NCBI GenBank assembly: GCA_963741205.1
Contig: CAVUHW010000010.1
Span: 32,001 to 96,000, forward strand
Reading direction: 5' to 3'
Length of the DNA stretch: 64,000 bases
Source of the DNA: Nitrospirota bacterium
Lineage (GTDB): Bacteria > Nitrospirota > UBA9217
Shown here: positions 35,879 to 46,355 of the stretch, piece after piece
Layout of the letters: every line of letters begins with the position of its first letter
How positions within the stretch are numbered: the first letter of the stretch is position 1
Program-made: the position numbers and the translations under genes
Notes under the pieces: model-generated
The model's input: only the letters and a program-made list of their open reading frames with translations
Told to the model about the DNA's origin: nothing
Database searches by the model: none

Positions 35879-36742
35879 ATGGTCAAGAAAGCCCGACATT
35901 CCCGCGTAAAAGACGTCAGCGCGCCTTCCCTTGCGCCGTCAGCAGTAAGCGCCTTTCGAAAGAAAATTTATAACTACTACGCCAAGGAATCCCGCAGTCT
36001 CCCCTGGCGCCGGAACCTCAATCCCTACCGGGTCCTGGTCTCTGAAATCATGCTCCAGCAAACGCAGGTTGAGCGCGTCAGGGAGAAATACAGGGAGTTC
36101 CTTGACGCGTTTCCGGACGTCGCGACTCTCTCCAGGGCGCCGCTTCAAAAGATCCTGGCAGTCTGGCAGGGGATGGGCTACAATCGGCGTGCGCTCGCCC
36201 TTCGGGCGCTCGCGCGAAAAGTCGTGGACGAAAATCGCGGCATGCTGCCGTCAGATCCGGAACAGCTCATTGCCTTGCCGGGCATCGGAAAATATACCGC
36301 GGGAGCGATAGCCGCCTTTGCGTTCAACAAGCCCGTGGTCTTCATGGATACCAACATCCGGCGCGTATATATCCATGAATTTTTTTATGACCGAGAGCTT
36401 ATTCATGACAGGGAAATTATCCCGCTCCTTGAGCGGACCATGGACCGGGGGAACCCCCGAAAATGGTATAATGCGCTCATGGATTACGGGGCCATGCTGA
36501 AACAAGAGCAGAGGAACCCCAACCGGAAGAGCGTGCATTATGTGCGGCAAAGCCCCTTTGAAAATTCGAACCGTCAGGTGCGGGGGAAAATCCTGAAAGT
36601 CCTGGTGAAAGAAGCGGCGCTCAATACAAGCCAAATTGTTGCAAAAACGGGAATGGACGTCGAGAGGGTGAAGAAAAATCTTGTTCAGCTGGCAGACGAA
36701 GGGTTTGTGAAGAAAAGAGGGAAATTGTTTTCCATTGAATAA
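35879..36742 (+). CDS. mutY: A/G-specific adenine glycosylase-like HhH-GPD protein lacking the FeS cysteines
   Basis: LPWR, VSEIMLQQTQV, WQGMGYNRRA, LPGIGKYTA, DTN. Confidence 0.8.
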   Translation: MVKKARHSRVKDVSAPSLAPSAVSAFRKKIYNYYAKESRSLPWRRNLNPYRVLVSEIMLQQTQVERVREKYREFLDAFPDVATLSRAPLQKILAVWQGMGYNRRALALRALARKVVDENRGMLPSDPEQLIALPGIGKYTAGAIAAFAFNKPVVFMDTNIRRVYIHEFFYDRELIHDREIIPLLERTMDRGNPRKWYNALMDYGAMLKQEQRNPNRKSVHYVRQSPFENSNRQVRGKILKVLVKEAALNTSQIVAKTGMDVERVKKNLVQLADEGFVKKRGKLFSIE

Positions 36743-36767
36743 AGGCTGTATTGAAAAGGTTTATTTC

Positions 36768-36837
36768 GTCATGCCGGACTTGATCCGGCATCCAGAGACT
36801 TCAGATAAGGCTGGATTCCCGCCTTCACGGGAATGAC
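36768..36837. repeat. REP/RPE-like palindromic element containing an ATTCCC-N8-GGGAAT (dRS3-like) core
   Basis: gtcatgccggacttgatccggcatccag...ctggattcccgccttcacgggaatgac. Confidence 0.8.
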
Positions 36838-36850
36838 ACAGATTGGAGTT

Positions 36851-37819
36851 ATGCGAACCGGTCCCGACTATATACAGTTTTACCCAACGCTGCGGTGCGA
36901 CCGGTCCTGCGACTTTTGCTTCAACCGGTCTATGCCCTTCATGGAGGACATGGCCCTTCCAGATTTCATGAAGATGCTGGAAGTCCTCCGGCGGACTTCG
37001 GTGAAGACCCTCGATATCATCGGCGGCGAACCCACGATGCATCCCGACATCCTTCTGTTTGTCAGGGAGGCCGCAGCGAAGGGGCTTTCCGTCAACATCA
37101 GCACGAACGGCTCCAACCTCGCGGCTCTCGCCGAGATCATGGAGATAGGCAGGGCGGTGACGGTCGGTATTTCGGTCAACGACCGTGAAACACTGAAACA
37201 GGTCCGAAACTTCATTCAAAAGCACCGGCCCGTTGTCAAGACGGTTTACAGTCCCGGAATGGCTCTCGGAATGATCGAGGAGATCCTCTCGCTGGGGCCG
37301 AAAAGGTTCTATCTGATATACCGGGATGTACTGGATCCTCATGAACTTCAAGCAGCCGCGCCTTTTTATCAGTATAAATCGAGCGTGGAGGAGCGCTTCG
37401 ATCCGCGTCAGGTCGGAATGGTCTCCTGCTCGGGCTTTCTCCCTGACGAAGAGAATTATCCGGAATTGGCGAGCGTTCGATGTCCCGCCGGCACCACGAA
37501 ACTTGGAATAATGCCGGACGGATCGGTGTATCCCTGCAATCTCTTTTTCGGGAACAGGGAGTTTCTGCTGGGCAACATTCTGTCCGACTCCTTCGAAGGC
37601 ATCTGGAATCACCGGGTGCTTGCATTTTTTCGAGCTGCTTCCCGGAACGCCTGTCCTGTGAAGTCCTGCGAGCTCCATGACCGTTGCCATGGCGGCTGCC
37701 CGGCCCAGGCGCTGGTCCTGTCCGGAGACTTGGCTGCTTCCGATCCGCGGTGCTCCCCGATCGCAGGCCGCGGTTTTCAGAAAGACCGGCCTTCGCCTCA
37801 TACCTCCATGAGATCCTGA
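36851..37819 (+). CDS. Radical SAM protein with a SPASM domain
   Basis: CDRSCDFC, GGEP, STNG; CPAG..GIMPDGSVYPC..CPVKSCELHDRCHGGCPA. Confidence 0.9.
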   Translation: MRTGPDYIQFYPTLRCDRSCDFCFNRSMPFMEDMALPDFMKMLEVLRRTSVKTLDIIGGEPTMHPDILLFVREAAAKGLSVNISTNGSNLAALAEIMEIGRAVTVGISVNDRETLKQVRNFIQKHRPVVKTVYSPGMALGMIEEILSLGPKRFYLIYRDVLDPHELQAAAPFYQYKSSVEERFDPRQVGMVSCSGFLPDEENYPELASVRCPAGTTKLGIMPDGSVYPCNLFFGNREFLLGNILSDSFEGIWNHRVLAFFRAASRNACPVKSCELHDRCHGGCPAQALVLSGDLAASDPRCSPIAGRGFQKDRPSPHTSMRS

Positions 37820-37836
37820 ACAGGAGTTCCATTTTT

Positions 37837-38556
37837 ATGCCGATCGTCAGCAGGGACATACGCGGCCGCATATCCGGCGTTCTGTTGTTTTCTGCGTTCC
37901 TGGCTTTTCATCTCTTTTATCTGATGCGCGGATGGAGCGGCTTTAACGCCGCTGCAAAGGCGAACAGCCTGCTCATTACCGTGACCATCTTCTTTTTTCT
38001 CTCATCATACTTCTTCCGGAGAAAGCCGGTGCGGTTCCCGGAGGGTTTCAGGGAGACGCTCTTTCCCCTCTTTTGCGCCGCCCTCCCGCTCGTCATCTAT
38101 CACAACGTAGAACTGCTTCAGTATGTCCCCGCGCAGAACAGGTATTATTCCCTCTTCCATTCCCTCTTCGGACTTTATGATAACGGCCCGTTCCGCTGGA
38201 ATCTTTTGTCCATGTCCCTGGTCCTTGCCGGAAATTTCATTACGTTCCTGGGAATGGTTTCGCTGCGGCGTTCCTTCAGCATCATGGTGGAGGCCCGGTC
38301 GCCCGTATTTAGCGGGCTCTACGCGTATGTGAGGCACCCGCTCTATATCGGCGAAGTCCTTGCCGCCGCCGGCGTCCTCGTCTTCAGGTTTTCAGCGGCC
38401 AATATCTTCCTTTTCCTGCTCTTTCTTGCATGCCAGATATATCGGGCCGTTCTCGAAGAGAAAAAGCTGGTCGCCGCCTTTCCTGAATACGCGGACTACC
38501 GCGAACGAACCGGCGCCGTCTTCCCCCGTTCGCAGCGAAAAAAAATATCATTGTGA
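37837..38556 (+). CDS. Isoprenylcysteine carboxyl methyltransferase / PEMT-like membrane protein
   Basis: LRRSFSI, GLYAYVRHPLY, EEKKL..FPEY..Y. Confidence 0.85.
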   Translation: MPIVSRDIRGRISGVLLFSAFLAFHLFYLMRGWSGFNAAAKANSLLITVTIFFFLSSYFFRRKPVRFPEGFRETLFPLFCAALPLVIYHNVELLQYVPAQNRYYSLFHSLFGLYDNGPFRWNLLSMSLVLAGNFITFLGMVSLRRSFSIMVEARSPVFSGLYAYVRHPLYIGEVLAAAGVLVFRFSAANIFLFLLFLACQIYRAVLEEKKLVAAFPEYADYRERTGAVFPRSQRKKISL

Positions 38557-38636
38557 AAGCCGCAAAATTAGTTTAAAATAATCGCACTTTTTTGTCGGAA
38601 CAGCAATATCCTACTTTCATACGCAGGGAGGAAGCA

Positions 38637-39989
38637 ATGAGACAGACCAAGATCGTTCTTTCTGATAAGGAGATACCGACCAAGTGGTACAATATCATGG
38701 CGGACATGCCGAACCTGCCCAAGCCGCCGCTCCATCCGGGTACGAAGCAGCCCGTCGGGCCGCAGGACCTCATCCCTATCTTTCCCATGGCGCTCATCGA
38801 ACAGGAAATGAGCCCGGCGCGCTGGATAGATATCCCGGAGGAGGTCCTCGACATCTACTCGCTCTGGAGGCCTTCTCCGATGTTCCGGGCCCACCGGCTT
38901 GAAAAGGCCCTCGGCACGCCGGCCAAGATCTACTACAAATACGAAGGCGTGAGCCCGGCCGGCAGCCACAAGCCGAACACGGCCATTCCGCAGGCATATT
39001 ACAATAAAAAGGCGGGGATCAAGCGCATCGCCACCGAGACCGGCGCGGGCCAGTGGGGTTCGTCCATGGCGCTGGCGGGCAAGCTCTTCGGGCTCGACGT
39101 TACGGTCTACATGGTGAAGGTGAGCTACGGACAGAAGCCTTACCGGAGGATCATGATGGAGACCTGGGGCGCGACCGTTCACGCGAGTCCGTCGAAGACG
39201 ACGAACTCGGGCAGGAAGTTCCTCGAACTGGACCCCAACAACCAGGGCAGTCTCGGCATCGCCATCTCCGAGGCCGTGGAGGACGCGGCCACGCACAACG
39301 ACACGAACTACGCCCTGGGATCGGTCCTGAACCATGTGTGCATGCACCAGACCGTGATCGGGCTTGAAGCGAAGAAGCAGATGGAGCTGGTCGGGGATTA
39401 TCCCGACATCGTCATCGGCTGCTGCGGAGGCGGGAGCAACCTGGCGGGCATCAGCTTCCCGTTCATCCACGACAAGATCGGCGGCAAGAAGCTGCGCGTG
39501 ATCGCGGTAGAGCCGGCGTCCTGTCCCACCCTCACGAAGGGCGAGTTCCGGTACGATTTCGGCGATGTTGCCGGTCTCACCCCGCTCATGACCATGTACA
39601 CTCTCGGCCACGACTTCATGCCGCCGGGCATCCATGCGGGAGGGCTGCGCTATCACGGCGACTCGCCGCTCGTTTCGCAGCTCTACCATGACAAGCTCAT
39701 CGAGGCCCGGGCCTACAACCAGAAGCCGGTGTTCGAGGCCGCGCTGCAGTTCGCCAACACCGAAGGCATTATCCCCGCGCCCGAGAGCGCCCACGCGATC
39801 CGCGCGGCCATCGACGAAGCGCTCCTCGCCAAAGAGGAGGGCAAGCAGAAGACCATCCTCTTCAACCTCTCCGGCCACGGGTACCTCGATCTCCAGGCTT
39901 ACGCAGATTATCACGACGGCAAGCTCCAGGACTACGAGTATCCGGCCGAGAAGATCAAAGAAGCGCTGGCAAAGCTGCCGGTGCTGTAA
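38637..39989 (+). CDS. trpB2: TrpB-like PLP enzyme (TrpB2)
   Basis: [37 protein letters not shown]. Confidence 0.93.
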   Translation: MRQTKIVLSDKEIPTKWYNIMADMPNLPKPPLHPGTKQPVGPQDLIPIFPMALIEQEMSPARWIDIPEEVLDIYSLWRPSPMFRAHRLEKALGTPAKIYYKYEGVSPAGSHKPNTAIPQAYYNKKAGIKRIATETGAGQWGSSMALAGKLFGLDVTVYMVKVSYGQKPYRRIMMETWGATVHASPSKTTNSGRKFLELDPNNQGSLGIAISEAVEDAATHNDTNYALGSVLNHVCMHQTVIGLEAKKQMELVGDYPDIVIGCCGGGSNLAGISFPFIHDKIGGKKLRVIAVEPASCPTLTKGEFRYDFGDVAGLTPLMTMYTLGHDFMPPGIHAGGLRYHGDSPLVSQLYHDKLIEARAYNQKPVFEAALQFANTEGIIPAPESAHAIRAAIDEALLAKEEGKQKTILFNLSGHGYLDLQAYADYHDGKLQDYEYPAEKIKEALAKLPVL

Positions 39990-40003
39990 TCGCGAAGGTT
40001 TCC

Positions 40004-40036
40004 GGGCTCCCTGTCTTACGGCGGGGGGCCTTTTTT
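40004..40036 (+). terminator. Intrinsic terminator after trpB2
   Basis: ggctccctgtc...ggcggggggcc followed by T6. Confidence 0.6.
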
Positions 40037-40050
40037 AATTTGGAACTCTG

Positions 40051-40234
40051 TGTCGTCCCCGAATGAACCTATGGGGGTATAGTTAGTCATTCAGGCCCCT
40101 CACGGTCATTTCGAGCATGGCGAGAAATCTTGATTTTTGAACTGGGGGTAAACTCCGCAAAGAATCTGTTTTTCCCAACACATGCCAGACCTTTCGCTTC
40201 TCTCAAAGTCTGTCCTCAGCATGTCGAGGTGACA
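40051..40234. repeat. Cluster of degenerate palindromic repeat elements at the core/accessory boundary
   Basis: tgtcgtccccgaatg..., ggtcatttcgagcatggcgagaaatct, ...gaggtgaca. Confidence 0.5.
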
Positions 40235-40937
40235 ATGAATGTCTCCCAGGTGCAGGCTAGATGCAGATAGAAACTGCCATTACTGTTTACTTCCTGCAGC
40301 AAACGACGGCCGACTTTTTTGGAATATATAGCCTTCACTTGCAATTCTGGTATTTCAAGAAGTGTAAACCATCAACATCAACATCCTGAAGCTGTTGAGT
40401 TATCACTCTCTGAAATGCTTCAATTATCAACCCGTAGTCATTGATGCCTACCCAAAAAAAACCAGTCGAAATGCTTGACGCCTCAAATCTCATAACATGA
40501 CTATCACTGAAAAAGATGTAAAAGGGATGATGAAAGATGCATAGTCCAGATGACAGCGAGATATACGGCCTTAAGGGGCTTGGTGATTCCAAGCCCCTTT
40601 TTGCGAGGCGGATCTAAACTATGTCGATTGGAATGTCTATCCCTTCGGGTTCCCCGACCCGAAGCATCGAATTATCGAGTTATTAACCTGCAAGTTGTCG
40701 GTTCAAATCACCCAGTCGTTGTGGTGTTTCCAACTTTTGCAACAGCCATCCGTATCCGACAATATCGACCTATAAGATACTGTTCTTTTATGCTTTATCT
40801 TAAGGTTAAATTCGACTATACTTTTTGTGTAAATGTTGTGCTTCGTATAGCCTGAAGCTGACGTCTCGCAGCGGGTGCCGCAGCAGGCTAAATGTCTCTT
40901 GATGCGCGGCTAATTATAGAAGCGAACTTAACAGACT

Positions 40938-41720
40938 ATGAACTTGAAAACAGTAACTGCCACGAGATATGTAACTCCATTGCGCGAAGGTGGATCGCTT
41001 CCAGCAATAGTCGAAGCCGATGATGATGGAATGTATGTCCTCAAATTCCGCGGCGCAGGTCAGGGACCCAAAGTTCTAATCGCTGAGTTGTTGGGAGGGG
41101 AGATCGCCCGCGCAGCAGGTCTGCCAGTGCCTGAAATCGTCTTCGTTGAGCTCGACGTTGATCTCGCCCGCACCGAACGCGACCCGGAAATACAAAGCCT
41201 AATAAAAGCGAGCGCTGGCCTCAATCTGGGGCTTGACTACCTGCCCGGTGCTGTCACGTTTGACCCGGTTGCAGAGAAGCTTGACGCGGATCTCGCCTCG
41301 TCGGTCGTCTGGTTTGACGCTTACGTGTCAAACGTCGACCGTACTCCACGCAATACGAACATGCTCATGTGGCACCGACGAGTCTGGCTCATCGATCACG
41401 GCTCGGCCCTCATCTTCCATCATAAATGGACCGACTACCTGGAATCCAGCCGGGACCCTTTCCATATGATAAAAGACCACGTTCTACTCCCGTTTGCCAC
41501 TTCGCTCCGAGAAGTGGACTCGAAGATAGTCGGACGGCTCACGCAAGACGTCATTGACAACATAGTTAAACTTATTCCTGATGCTTGGCTGGTTGGAGAC
41601 TCTCCGTTCAACGATATCAACCAACACCGGGACGCTTACCTTGAGTATCTAATGAGCCGGCTAGAGCCGCCGCATGTTTTCCTGGAGGAGGCGATCCATG
41701 CGCGATCACTATACGTATGA
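40938..41720 (+). CDS. HipA-like kinase family protein
   Basis: YVTPLREGGSLP, VLKFRGAGQG, NVDRT, LIDHG. Confidence 0.85.
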   Translation: MNLKTVTATRYVTPLREGGSLPAIVEADDDGMYVLKFRGAGQGPKVLIAELLGGEIARAAGLPVPEIVFVELDVDLARTERDPEIQSLIKASAGLNLGLDYLPGAVTFDPVAEKLDADLASSVVWFDAYVSNVDRTPRNTNMLMWHRRVWLIDHGSALIFHHKWTDYLESSRDPFHMIKDHVLLPFATSLREVDSKIVGRLTQDVIDNIVKLIPDAWLVGDSPFNDINQHRDAYLEYLMSRLEPPHVFLEEAIHARSLYV

Positions 41721-42108
41721 TTATGCTATAATTCGAGTCGTTCCCAAGGTCGAGCGGGAAGAATTCATCAATGTTGGAGTGATAATCTGGTGCCAGTCCA
41801 AAGAATTTCTCGATGCCTGCATTGAACTAGATGAACAGCGGCTTATGGCACTTGATTCAACATTGGATGTCGGAACAATCCGGTCCCATCTGGCGACCAT
41901 CCCCGCTATTTGTGCTGGCGGAGATCAGGGTGGACCGATTGGCCAACTATCTCAGCGGGAGCGTTTTCATTGGCTTGTTGCACCTCGAAGCACCGTCATC
42001 CAGACATCGCCCGTGCACACCGGTTATTGTAAGAACCCATCCACCGTACTCGAGCATCTGCTTAACACGATGGTGCGAACGTCGCGCGCCTCACAAGAGA
42101 ACAAATAA
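41698..42108 (+). CDS. DUF3037 protein
   Basis: YDYAIIRVVPKVEREEFINVGV, ERFHWLVAPRST, QTSPVH. Confidence 0.88.
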   Translation: MRDHYTYDYAIIRVVPKVEREEFINVGVIIWCQSKEFLDACIELDEQRLMALDSTLDVGTIRSHLATIPAICAGGDQGGPIGQLSQRERFHWLVAPRSTVIQTSPVHTGYCKNPSTVLEHLLNTMVRTSRASQENK

Positions 42109-42246
42109 CCAGCGGGTACGATTGCGACGGTGATAGCCCGTCGCACCTCACTCGAGTATTAACTTTTCAAAGGTTGCAAGTGTCAGTAATTGGTGCGCTA
42201 TAATTCACCTATGTATACAATCTGATGAAAAAAGGAGAATCGGCGA

Positions 42247-42462
42247 ATGAGCAACCCTCTTATGATGGACCTGGAACCGGGGACCTACTATTGGTGCACC
42301 TGCGGAAAGACCAAGACCACGCCATTCTGCGATGGAGCTCACAAGGGATCGTCGAAGCAGCCGCTGCAATTCGCCGTCGTGGAGAAAAAGAGGACGGCGT
42401 TGTGCAACTGCGGACGGACGAAGACTCTGCCCTATTGCGATGGTTCTCATCTGAAGAAATGA
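42247..42462 (+). CDS. CDGSH iron-sulfur protein with two CDGSH motifs
   Basis: WCTCGKT..PFCDGAH and LCNCGRT..PYCDGSH. Confidence 0.9.
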   Translation: MSNPLMMDLEPGTYYWCTCGKTKTTPFCDGAHKGSSKQPLQFAVVEKKRTALCNCGRTKTLPYCDGSHLKK

Positions 42463-42627
42463 TCAGAGTGGTTGGGGGCTTGTACCGGAATCGCGTGTCC
42501 GATTCATGGTTGATATCGCAGAGACTGGTTGTGTCATTGTAAATGGACTCAATCAGGCCTTTATTATGAGCAACCTGTTAAACCGTCGCGACAGTGCCGG
42601 TTCCTTAGTGAAAACGCGGAGGTGAAC

Positions 42628-42900
42628 ATGAAGACGAAGAACGGGATCATCGGGGGGGGAATGTGGGAACTGCGCTGAAACGCCGGCTGGAAGACGCGGG
42701 GTATGAAATAAAGAACTCCGGCCGGGACCCGAAGGACGTGGGGTCGTTGCCGCCTGGGGAGAAGTGATCATCCGGCCGTTCCCTTTGGCGCGATCGATGA
42801 CGCATTGCGGGTGATGGGCGATGCGGTGCAGGGAAAGGTGCTCGTCGATGTGACCAATGCCCTGTCAGCGGATTTCCAGCTTGCCGTGGGCTGCACGAAA
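42628..42900 (+). pseudogene. Truncated NADPH-dependent F420 reductase-like gene
   Basis: GIIGG/NVG..L Rossmann start, VPFGAIDD, GKVLVDVTNAL, then homology is lost. Confidence 0.6.
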
Positions 42901-43191
42901 CGGTCTTTGCTTTGTGTTGTGAGGTGCAGGCTGACTGGAAACTGCCATCTTCATCGACATGCTGGGACCTTTTACTCAGAACCTGTTGGAATACGGTTTT
43001 GTTCTGCAGAACTTCTGGAACAAGGCAATGCTTTCAACTTCGACTCCGGGCCACTATTGACCGCTGCTCTATATCCTTGGGCATCGCAGGAAAGATGAAC
43101 AAATCAGTTTCCCGGTTCAGGGAATAGACGGCGGTTCGGTCTCGATTCTTGCGGAACAAATCGGCTAAACCAGGCACAGGGAGGGGAGGCG

Positions 43192-43758
43192 ATGTCACAG
43201 AAAAAAATAGCCGTCCTTGTAGGGAGCCTTCGCAAGGAATCATATAACCGGAAAATGGCAAAGGCGTTAATGAAGCATTCGCCTGATTCTCTAAGTCTCG
43301 AAATTATCGAGATCGGAGGGCTCCCGTTTTACAATCAGGACCTTGATGACGACCCGCTGGCTGCCTGGACCGAGTTCCGTGAACGTTTGAAGAAATTTGA
43401 CGGCGTCTTGTTCGTCACACCGGAATACAATCGATCCGTTCCCGGAGTGCTTAAGAACGCTATCGACGTGGGTTCCCGCCCCTATGGAAAAAACGCGTGG
43501 GCTGGAAAACCTGGTGCAGTTGTGAGCGTCTCGCCCGGTGCCATCGGCGGCTTTGGCGCAAACCACCATCTCAGGCAATCACTGGTATTCCTTAATGTTC
43601 CTGCAATGCAACAGCCGGAAGCATACATCGGGAAAGCCGGGGAGCTCTTCGATGAGCGAGGCGACCTGTCCAATGAGTCAACCCGGGAATTCGCGACAAA
43701 GTTCATGCATGCCTTCGCGGCGTGGGTTGAAACCAACGCGTCCGGCGGAAGGCAATAA
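43192..43758 (+). CDS. NADPH-dependent FMN reductase (ChrR/SsuE-like)
   Basis: VGSLRKESYN, TPEYNRSVPGVLKNAID, SPGAIGG. Confidence 0.92.
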   Translation: MSQKKIAVLVGSLRKESYNRKMAKALMKHSPDSLSLEIIEIGGLPFYNQDLDDDPLAAWTEFRERLKKFDGVLFVTPEYNRSVPGVLKNAIDVGSRPYGKNAWAGKPGAVVSVSPGAIGGFGANHHLRQSLVFLNVPAMQQPEAYIGKAGELFDERGDLSNESTREFATKFMHAFAAWVETNASGGRQ

Positions 43759-43880
43759 TCTCCGAGTGACGTTCGTATGAAAAAAACGGACAACAAGGCA
43801 TCGGTCATCTCGCAAGAATGAGTCCAACTGCGCTGACATCCTGATGAAAATAACAAGAAATGTCAAGGGGGACATACACG

Positions 43881-44781
43881 ATGGAAAACAGAAAAATCAG
43901 GAAAGTATTCAAGAGCAAGCCTACTCTCGAAGGAGCGGGAGTCCATCTCAGACGGGTATTCGGAAACAGCGAGGTCCCGCTGTTCGATCCATTCCTGATG
44001 CTCGACGATTTCCGCAATACCGACCCCTATCAGTATATCAAGGGGTTTCCCTGGCACCCCCATCGAGGCATCGAGACGATCACGTACGTGCTCAAGGGCG
44101 ACGTGGAGCACGGCGACAGCATGGGCAACAAGGGCGTTATCACGTCGGGAGACATGCAGTGGATGACCGCGGGAAGTGGCATCATCCACCAGGAGATGCC
44201 GCAGGGAGACGACAACGGGGTCATGGAGGGATTTCAGCTCTGGGCCAACCTCCCAAAAGCCGACAAGATGATGGACACCCCGGTACCGCGATATCAAAAG
44301 CTCGCAGGTGCCGGAAGTTGTGACGAAGAGCGGCGCGAAGATCAAGGTCATCTGCGGGACCGTGGAGGGCAGGCAGGGGCCGGTCAGGGACATCGTCATC
44401 GATCCCGAATATCTCGACGTTTCCCTCCCGGCCCTTTCCGAGTTTGTCCATCAGACCCCGCGCGGCCACACGGTCTTTGCCTATGTCATCGGGGGAAAGG
44501 GAGTCTTCTGCAATGAGAAGAACCCCTTCGCCTACGATGCCCTAGGGGAGAACTATTTCGACATGAAGCGCGATCCCTACATCCACAACGGGACGGCCGT
44601 GCTCTTCGGCGACGGCGATCAGGTGACGGTCTCGGCCCAGGGCGAACCCGTCCGCTTTCTGCTCATATCCGGCAAGCCAATCGGCGAGCCCGTGGCCTGG
44701 TACGGTCCGATCGTGATGAATACGGAGGAGGAACTGGAAGTCGCGTTTGAAGAGTATCAGAACGGTACGTTCATTAAGTAA
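43881..44781 (+). CDS. Pirin family protein; frameshifts near 44280-44305
   Basis: DPFLMLD, GFPWHPHRGIETITY, QWMTAGSGIIHQE, FQLWANLP, GPIVMNT. Confidence 0.92.
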
Positions 44782-44859
44782 GGCGTCAGTAACGCTGCAT
44801 ACAATCCGTATAGAACCTTATGAAGAGAGGGAGAGGAGAGAACAATGAAGCCATAACTT

Positions 44860-45040
44860 CACCGGCTTGGCATAGTTTGGGAGCCAGGCTGGCTTGAAAG
44901 TATTGCGAAGTACTACTGGAATATCGCAGTCTTATCAATCTAACGCAGCCGCATAGTTATAGATATTGTCGAGGACCGTGATGGCGCCAAAGAACAACAG
45001 ATTACATTCGTAACTTTCATCGATTCCTGCATCCTGTACG
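44860..45040 (-). pseudogene. Degraded gene remnant paralogous to 58457-58693
   Basis: Minus strand VQDAGIDESYECNLLFFGA versus LQDVGLDESYKWNVLFFGA. Confidence 0.5.
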
Positions 45041-45124
45041 TGTTAAATCCCACTCCAAATGGAGAGCAGGTCCTTCCAGCCCACTAAAAAGCCTCCTTTA
45101 TGGAGGCTCATTGATTGGATGCTT

Positions 45125-45523
45125 CTATTTTGTATATTCTCCCCGGTAGGTAATGGCATTAATGACGGCACCCTGAGGGTCCTGAATGACGCAAAACCGT
45201 CCGACATTCGGTATGTCCTGAGGCGGCACCAATAGTCGGGCGCCAAGCTGCTCTGCTGTCCGCGCCGTCAGGTCAACATCATCGACGGTTACATAGGCGC
45301 CCCACATAGGATGCATCCCCGGGGACTCTTTTGGAATCGCCATGATTCCACCAATCCTGTTGCCTCCAGCTTTGACCTCCGTGTAAGCCATGCCGGGCAT
45401 GAACATATCCTCCACCTCCCAGCCGAACAACTTTGCGTAAAATGCCTTTGCTGCTGCGACATCTGTCGTCATCAGTTCGCACCAACTGAACGCACCGTGT
45501 TGCCTGAATTGCTCCATGTTCAT
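45125..45523 (-). CDS. VOC/glyoxalase family protein
   Basis: FSWCELMTTD, FYAKLFGW, VGRFCVIQDPQGA. Confidence 0.9.
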   Translation of the reverse strand: MNMEQFRQHGAFSWCELMTTDVAAAKAFYAKLFGWEVEDMFMPGMAYTEVKAGGNRIGGIMAIPKESPGMHPMWGAYVTVDDVDLTARTAEQLGARLLVPPQDIPNVGRFCVIQDPQGAVINAITYRGEYTK

Positions 45524-46355
45524 TTCCTCCTTATGGTGGTGCTGGATGAACAGCCCTTCTTGCCTATTGTTATTTTAGTATAGCGGATTTTTTAATCTAT
45601 TGCAGCGAGCTCTTGATCACACTTTCCATCACCTTTCCGCTCACTTCTTTGGCACCCATTTCCCGTGCGATTTATCCCGCACTGTACATCGATTCCTCCC
45701 AACTCATTAACCCTGAAAAGCCGGAACCGACAAGATTGGCGATGGTGAAGAAATAAAGCGGGCTAAGGCATGATGCCCTGGAACTCTCAGTCACCGGCAT
45801 CGCCGTCAATTGTCAGCGAAAAGAAAGAAGGGCTCCTAATATAAACAGTATAGGAGTCCTTCAGTTTGTTGTGATGTGATAGGAAAGTTACCACTGGTAT
45901 TTGTTAGAGTTTAAATCTATTGAATCTTGCGACCTTGTAGTATACGCCGCAAGTTCCAACAAATGAAACTCCCGTGATAATCATTCTGTATCTGTTGACG
46001 TTGCGCTTATCCGTAAAACCCACACTTCATGTCGTCGCGCCAGGTCAAGCCTGGGAAAGGTGGTGGACCAGAAGCCGAAACCTTTCGTCGTGATTCTGTA
46101 GGTAATCAATCCTACCTGGTAAAGCCTGGTCAGCAGCCAGAAGCGAGTCTTGCATGCGCCTAGGTGACTATGTGTGTGAAGCGTAGACAGCTACTGCAAA
46201 AGCCGTGTGATTGAGCCCCGAAATAGCCTCGTGGGAGCTTTCGCCCTCGACATAGCGGGAGCAGCATCGATCGTGCAGTATTGACCTTGCACGACCGATC
46301 CTACCGGGGTCAGAGAGCAGGGCATATGCAGAAGAGGATCACCCAGGAACCTGGG

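Noticed and set aside
40680-40715. tRNA-like fragment (taacc...gtcggttcaaatc) as an island attachment site
   Set aside because: Only a T-loop-like motif is present, with no acceptor stem, matching direct repeat or integrase.
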